From an uncultured Thermoleophilia bacterium (lineage in GTDB: Bacteria; Actinomycetota; Thermoleophilia; UBA2241): a stretch of 64,000 bases of DNA. Below, piece by piece: positions 59,996 to 64,000 of the stretch. The notes beneath the pieces were generated by a model. It had not been told where the DNA came from and made no database searches. It saw only the letters and a list, made by a program, of their open reading frames with translations. Location: NCBI GenBank assembly GCA_963699725.1, contig CAVOVA010000001.1, positions 5,836-69,835 on the forward strand, given 5' to 3'. Numbering within the stretch: the first letter of the stretch is position 1; every line of letters begins with the position of its first letter. Made by a program: the position numbers and the translations under genes.

Positions 59996-60127
59996 ACGGC
60001 GGTCGCGGTAACCTCCTGTGAAATACGCATACCACATCACATCGCTTCGGAACGTGGGGCTGCGAGGCTTGACAGACAGGGTCGTGCGAGACTGCGGCAG
60101 GCGCCAAACGATTCCGATTCCGGCGAC

Positions 60128-60155
60128 TTGCAATAATGTGATATCGGTATATCAT
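60128..60155 (+). promoter_or_regulatory. Candidate promoter (-35 TTGCAA, 16-nt spacer, -10 TATCAT)
   Basis: TTGCAATAATGTGATATCGGTATATCAT. It lies about 230 nt upstream of the permease ATG, so a long leader would be implied. Confidence 0.35.
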
Positions 60156-60386
60156 TCGCGATCATGCGTCGCAGGAGCCTGCCGATGGCTGTGCGGTTCG
60201 GCCACCTCGCCGGATGCAGCGCTCGAGGCGTCGTGAAGAGCTCGGCCGGTCGTTCCGCGCACCAGGCGTGGGGCGCCGGTGGTACGGCAGCGTGCGGGAG
60301 GTGAGCGCGGACTCAACGAGATCGACTCTTCCCGTCGGCGCTCGCCGGACCGCTGACGCAGTGCACGTGTCGACGCTAGGGGGCGC

Positions 60387-61247
60387 ATGAGCACTTTCAT
60401 CATCACGACATTGAACGGCGTCTCATACGCCTTCATCCTCTTTCTTCTCGCGGCCGGTTTCTCCCTGACCTTCGGCGTCATGGGGGTCCTCAACCTGGCC
60501 CATGGCGCCCTCTTCGTGCTGGGCGCCTATTTCGGCCTGGCAGTCGTCAGTCAGCTGGATACGTTCTGGTTGGGCATCGTGGTCGCTGCCGCAGGGACCG
60601 GCCTCGTCGGCCTCGGCATCTACTACTTCTTCCTTCGTCACCTCTACGGCAAGATCCCGGAGCAGGCGGTCCTGACGATCGGCCTGGGCTATGCCTTCGC
60701 GAACATCATCCTCTGGGTCTGGGGACCGTTTGCGAAGATGGGCATGACGCCGTCGGCCTTCACCGGCGTCGTTCGCGTCGGTACCCTCGCCTTTCCCATC
60801 TACCGGCTCGTCATCATCGGCATCGGCCTGCTCGTCCTGGTGGTTCTCTGGTGGATGCAGGACAGGACCAGAGTGGGCGCCATCATCCGCGCCGGCATGG
60901 ACAACAAGGAGATGACCCGCAGTCTGGGCATCAACTACGGGGTCGTCAGCACCCTCGTGTTCCTCTTCGGCGCGGCGCTCGCCGGGTTCGCCGGCATCAT
61001 GGGCACCCCCATCCTCGGCGCCTACCCTTCCATGGGTGACGGGTTGCTGTTGCTCACCCTGATGGTCGTGGTGGTCGGCGGCACCGGTTTCATCCAGGGC
61101 ACCATGCTCGGCGCCCTCGTCATCGGGCTGCTCGACACGTTCGGGAAGACGTACGTGCCGTCGGTGGCGTTGTTCACCTCGTACGCGATCTTCATCGCCG
61201 TGTTGCTGGTGCGGCCGAGCGGCCTCATCGGAAGGAAGGTCTTCTGA
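60387..61247 (+). CDS. livH: Branched-chain-amino-acid-type ABC transporter permease (LivH family)
   Basis: 286 aa, multi-TM. NLAHGALFVLGAY and VVGGTGFIQGTMLGAL blocks. Confidence 0.85.
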   Translation: MSTFIITTLNGVSYAFILFLLAAGFSLTFGVMGVLNLAHGALFVLGAYFGLAVVSQLDTFWLGIVVAAAGTGLVGLGIYYFFLRHLYGKIPEQAVLTIGLGYAFANIILWVWGPFAKMGMTPSAFTGVVRVGTLAFPIYRLVIIGIGLLVLVVLWWMQDRTRVGAIIRAGMDNKEMTRSLGINYGVVSTLVFLFGAALAGFAGIMGTPILGAYPSMGDGLLLLTLMVVVVGGTGFIQGTMLGALVIGLLDTFGKTYVPSVALFTSYAIFIAVLLVRPSGLIGRKVF

Positions 61248-62320
61248 TGTCCACACCGATGCGGCCGGCCGGCCTCCTGCTGGGCCGTCTGACGCGAAAG
61301 GCCGTGGCGGCGCCGGTGCCCGCCGAGCGCGGCGGCGCGGCGGCGCTGCTCAAGGCCTGGCTGCCGGCGATCGTCATCCTTGCGCTGCTCCTCGCGCTCC
61401 CCGGGTTCGTCCCGTCGTACATCCAGAGCCTCGTCACCAAGATGATGATCTTCGCCCTCTTCGGCGTGAGCATGAACATCCTCTGGGGCTACGGGGGCAT
61501 CCCGACGTTCGGTCACGCCGCCTACTTCGGCTTCGGCGGCTACGTGTGCGGCATCCTGATCGTCCACGGCGGCATCTCCAACTTCTGGGTCAACCTGCTA
61601 CTGGTGGTCGTGTTCACCGCACTGCTCGGCGCAGGGCTCGGCATCCCGGCCTTCCGCGTCTACGGCGTCGGGGCGTCGGACAACCCGATCTACTTCCTGC
61701 TGGTGACGCTCGCCTTCGGAGAGTTGCTGGTGCGCGTCGCCATCTCGGCGCGGTCGCTCACCGGCGGGTCGACGGGCCTGGCCGGTATCCCGTACCCGGA
61801 CCTCGGCATCCCGGGGATCACCATCAACTCCCACAGCTTCTACTTCCTGGTGCTCGGCATCCTGGCCGTCTGCCTGATCCTCGTCTACCGGCTCGTGAAC
61901 TCCCACTACGGCTACGCGCTCCGCGGCATTCACGACAACGAACGCCGCATGCAGGCGTTGGGCTACAACACGTGGCTGTACAAGTACACGTCGTACATCA
62001 TCGCCGGCGCGTTCGGCGGAGTGGCCGGCTGCCTCTTCGCCTACTTCGGCGGCGTCATGGTGCCGGGCAACATGGGCATGGCGATGACCGACATCGTCTT
62101 CCTCATCGTCATCCTGGGCAGCGCCTCCGTGTACTTCGGTCCGGTCATCGGGGCGGTCGCGGTCGTCGGTATCGAGTATCTGGCCAGCGTGTACGTGCCA
62201 GACCGCTGGCCGCTGATCATGGGCACCATCATCGTCATCGCGATCATGGTGATCCCGAAGGGCGTCGGCGTGATGCTTCTCGACCTGTGGAGGAAGGTGT
62301 TCCGTGGCAGCGCTGCTTGA
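61247..62320 (+). CDS. livM: Branched-chain-amino-acid-type ABC transporter permease (LivM family)
   Basis: 357 aa, multi-TM. ILWGYGGIPTFGHAAYFGFGGY block. TGATG junction with livH. Confidence 0.85.
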   Translation: MSTPMRPAGLLLGRLTRKAVAAPVPAERGGAAALLKAWLPAIVILALLLALPGFVPSYIQSLVTKMMIFALFGVSMNILWGYGGIPTFGHAAYFGFGGYVCGILIVHGGISNFWVNLLLVVVFTALLGAGLGIPAFRVYGVGASDNPIYFLLVTLAFGELLVRVAISARSLTGGSTGLAGIPYPDLGIPGITINSHSFYFLVLGILAVCLILVYRLVNSHYGYALRGIHDNERRMQALGYNTWLYKYTSYIIAGAFGGVAGCLFAYFGGVMVPGNMGMAMTDIVFLIVILGSASVYFGPVIGAVAVVGIEYLASVYVPDRWPLIMGTIIVIAIMVIPKGVGVMLLDLWRKVFRGSAA

Positions 62321-63068
62321 GGTCTCTGGCCTGTCCGTGCACTTCGGTGGTCTCGCCGCCGTCAAGGACGTCAGCTTCACCATCGAAGAGGGCGAGCGGC
62401 TCGGCATGATCGGCCCCAACGGCGCCGGCAAGACGACGCTCTTCAACCTGCTCACGGGGCAGCTCAAGCCGTCGGGCGGCAAGGTCGTCTTCAAGGGCCA
62501 GGACATCACCCACAAGCCGGTCTACGCCCGCACTCAGCTCGGGATCGCGCGGTCGTTCCAGATCACCAGCCTGTTCCCCAACGAGACGGTACTCACCAGC
62601 GCGCTCATCGCGCTGCAGGGCACGCGCGGCGGCCGCTATCGCGTCTGGGGCGTCTTCACGCGCGACAAGGCGCTGCGCGCCGCGGCGCAGGAACTCCTCG
62701 AGTCGATCGACCTGTGGGACAAGCGCCATGAGGTCGTCAGCTCGCTGGCCTACGGCGAGCAGCGCAAGCTCGAGATGGGTTTCAGCCTCGCGAGCGGGCC
62801 CGAGTTGCTCCTGCTCGACGAGCCGAGCTGTGGCCTCACTCCCACGGAGAGCGCCGACATCACCGAGCGCATCCGCGCGCTCGGCAAGAAGATCACCGTG
62901 CTCATGATCGCCCACGACATGGACCTCGTGTTCGGCGTGGCGGAGCGCATCATCCTGCTGCACTTCGGCGAGATCTCCTGCGAGGGCACCTGCGACGAGA
63001 TCCGCGCCAACCAGACCGTCAAGGACATCTACATGGGCTCGCACAAGGCGAGCACCGCGGGTGGGTGA
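62304..63068 (+). CDS. livG: ABC transporter ATP-binding protein (LivG family)
   Basis: Walker A GPNGAGKTT, signature-like LAYGEQRKLE, Walker B LLLLDEP. GTG 62304 follows GGAGGAAGG. Confidence 0.85.
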   Translation: MAALLEVSGLSVHFGGLAAVKDVSFTIEEGERLGMIGPNGAGKTTLFNLLTGQLKPSGGKVVFKGQDITHKPVYARTQLGIARSFQITSLFPNETVLTSALIALQGTRGGRYRVWGVFTRDKALRAAAQELLESIDLWDKRHEVVSSLAYGEQRKLEMGFSLASGPELLLLDEPSCGLTPTESADITERIRALGKKITVLMIAHDMDLVFGVAERIILLHFGEISCEGTCDEIRANQTVKDIYMGSHKASTAGG

Positions 63069-63074
63069 ACGAGG

Positions 63075-63791
63075 ATGCTTGAGATCAACGACATCCACAC
63101 CTGGTACGGCGACAGCTACGTGCTGCAAGGCGTCGACATGGAGGTCAGGGACGGGACCGTGATCGCGCTCCTGGGCCGGAACGGCATGGGCAAGACCACC
63201 ACGGTCCGCTCCATCATGGGCCTCACGCCGCCCCGCAAGGGAAGCATCAAGTTCAACGGGACGGAGCTCGTCGGGCTCTCCCCGAACCGGATAGCGCGCA
63301 CCGGTATCGGTCTCGTGCCGCAGGGCAGGATGATCTTCCCGTCGCTGTCCGTCACCGAGAACCTGACGATGGCGGCGCGTACCGGGGGCAAAGACGACCC
63401 CTGGACCCTGGAGAAGGTGTACGAGACCTTCCCCCGGCTGAAGGAGCGCACCAAGAACAAGGGCAACCTCCTGAGCGGCGGCGAGCAGCAGATGCTCACC
63501 ATCGCCCGCGCGCTCATGACCAACCCCGACCTCATCATGCTCGACGAGCCGTCGGAGGGACTGGCTCCGATCGTGGTCCAGGAGGTGTACCGCATCATCG
63601 AGCGGCTCAAGGCGGCGGGACAGTCCATCCTGCTCGTCGAGCAGGACTTTGGCATGGCCATGAGCGTCGCCGACTACGCCTACATCATGAGCAAGGGAGC
63701 CATCGTCTACAGTTCCAGGCCGGAGGACCTGATCGACAACGAGCCCGTGAAGGCGCAGTACCTCGGGGTCGGCGGCGAGGACGACGTGTGA
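63075..63791 (+). CDS. livF: ABC transporter ATP-binding protein (LivF family)
   Basis: Walker A GRNGMGKTT, LSGGEQQML, and IMLDEPSEGLAP. Confidence 0.85.
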   Translation: MLEINDIHTWYGDSYVLQGVDMEVRDGTVIALLGRNGMGKTTTVRSIMGLTPPRKGSIKFNGTELVGLSPNRIARTGIGLVPQGRMIFPSLSVTENLTMAARTGGKDDPWTLEKVYETFPRLKERTKNKGNLLSGGEQQMLTIARALMTNPDLIMLDEPSEGLAPIVVQEVYRIIERLKAAGQSILLVEQDFGMAMSVADYAYIMSKGAIVYSSRPEDLIDNEPVKAQYLGVGGEDDV

Positions 63792-63900
63792 CCTGACGGA
63801 AGACCCATCGCGCCGCGAGGACCCTTCTCGCGAGGGGATGAAGCCTTCGCATCGAAGAGTCGGCCTGGCCGCGTCGGTCGGCACGAAAGGACGGCAGCAC

Positions 63901-64000
63901 ATGGTGCCAGGCAAGTACGGCAAGTACGTGATCGACGATCCGAAGTTGGTCAGGGATCTCGCCTTCCACGACTTCGGCAGCGTCGGCGGCTTCACGTTCC
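63901..64000 (+). CDS. 5' end of an unidentified CDS running off the window
   Basis: ATG 63901 follows AAAGGA. MVPGKYGKYVIDDPKLVRDLAFHDFGSVGGFTF stays open to the edge. No family assignable from 33 aa. Confidence 0.3.
   Translation, partial: MVPGKYGKYVIDDPKLVRDLAFHDFGSVGGFTF

Noticed and set aside
60018-60236. 72-aa plus-strand ORF, and a 46-aa ORF from ATG 60165, in the long livH leader.
   Set aside because: Neither has an RBS, composition is atypical (many Cys/Arg), and they overlap the predicted promoter. I treat the region as non-coding leader.
62244-63995. 583-aa minus-strand ORF.
   Set aside because: It lies antisense to livG and livF, which carry canonical Walker and signature motifs. 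It is a shadow ORF.

Overview
This is a densely coding, visibly high-GC bacterial chromosomal window; the taxon cannot be determined from the sequence alone. I call about 62 CDS. I found no rRNA, tRNA, CRISPR array, transposase or integrase. All family assignments come from reading motifs and from memory, with no database search.

The window falls into five blocks:
1. 0-3.2 kb: a split transketolase, a headless flavoprotein remnant with its ferredoxin, and a nitroreductase.
2. 3.4-31.4 kb: an archaeal-type C1 island.
   - A divergent transhydroxylase-like Mo enzyme pair.
   - Methanofuran biosynthesis genes mfnB, mfnE, mfnF and mfnD.
   - A 13-gene translationally coupled operon holding the H4MPT/methanofuran pathway (mtd, fwdDBA, ftr, fwdC, mch) and H4MPT cofactor biosynthesis genes (mptA, DHPS-like, mptN, CitG-like).
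   - DUF447, mptG, afpA, an Isf-type flavoprotein, an MIP channel with altered NPA boxes, an unassignable 510-aa Cys-rich protein, and a DUF2180 zinc-ribbon protein.
3. 31.9-37.5 kb: modABC with a candidate Moco riboswitch, transaldolase, and a fused mobA-mobB.
4. 37.7-53.4 kb: a trihydroxybenzene catabolic block.
   - A close pyrogallol-phloroglucinol transhydroxylase homolog pair and an AOR-family enzyme.
   - An IclR regulator, a HAD-family dehydrogenase, a BKACE enzyme, an SDR, a thiolase and two cyclase-family proteins.
   - A family III CoA-transferase, a DUF35/thiolase pair, and a crotonase.
5. 53.5-64 kb: a second IclR paralog, a class III aminotransferase, MoaF, and a Liv-type ABC transporter with an embedded Fe-ADH.

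Main leads, in order of interest:
- The DUF2180 / 510-aa protein / MIP channel module at the head of the C1 island.
- The C1 operon carries genuine redox-type FwdB and FwdD rather than Fhc-type subunits.
- An apparently complete pyrogallol-to-acetoacetate route.
- A promoter/operator architecture shared by the two transhydroxylase-like operons, which lie 30 kb apart.
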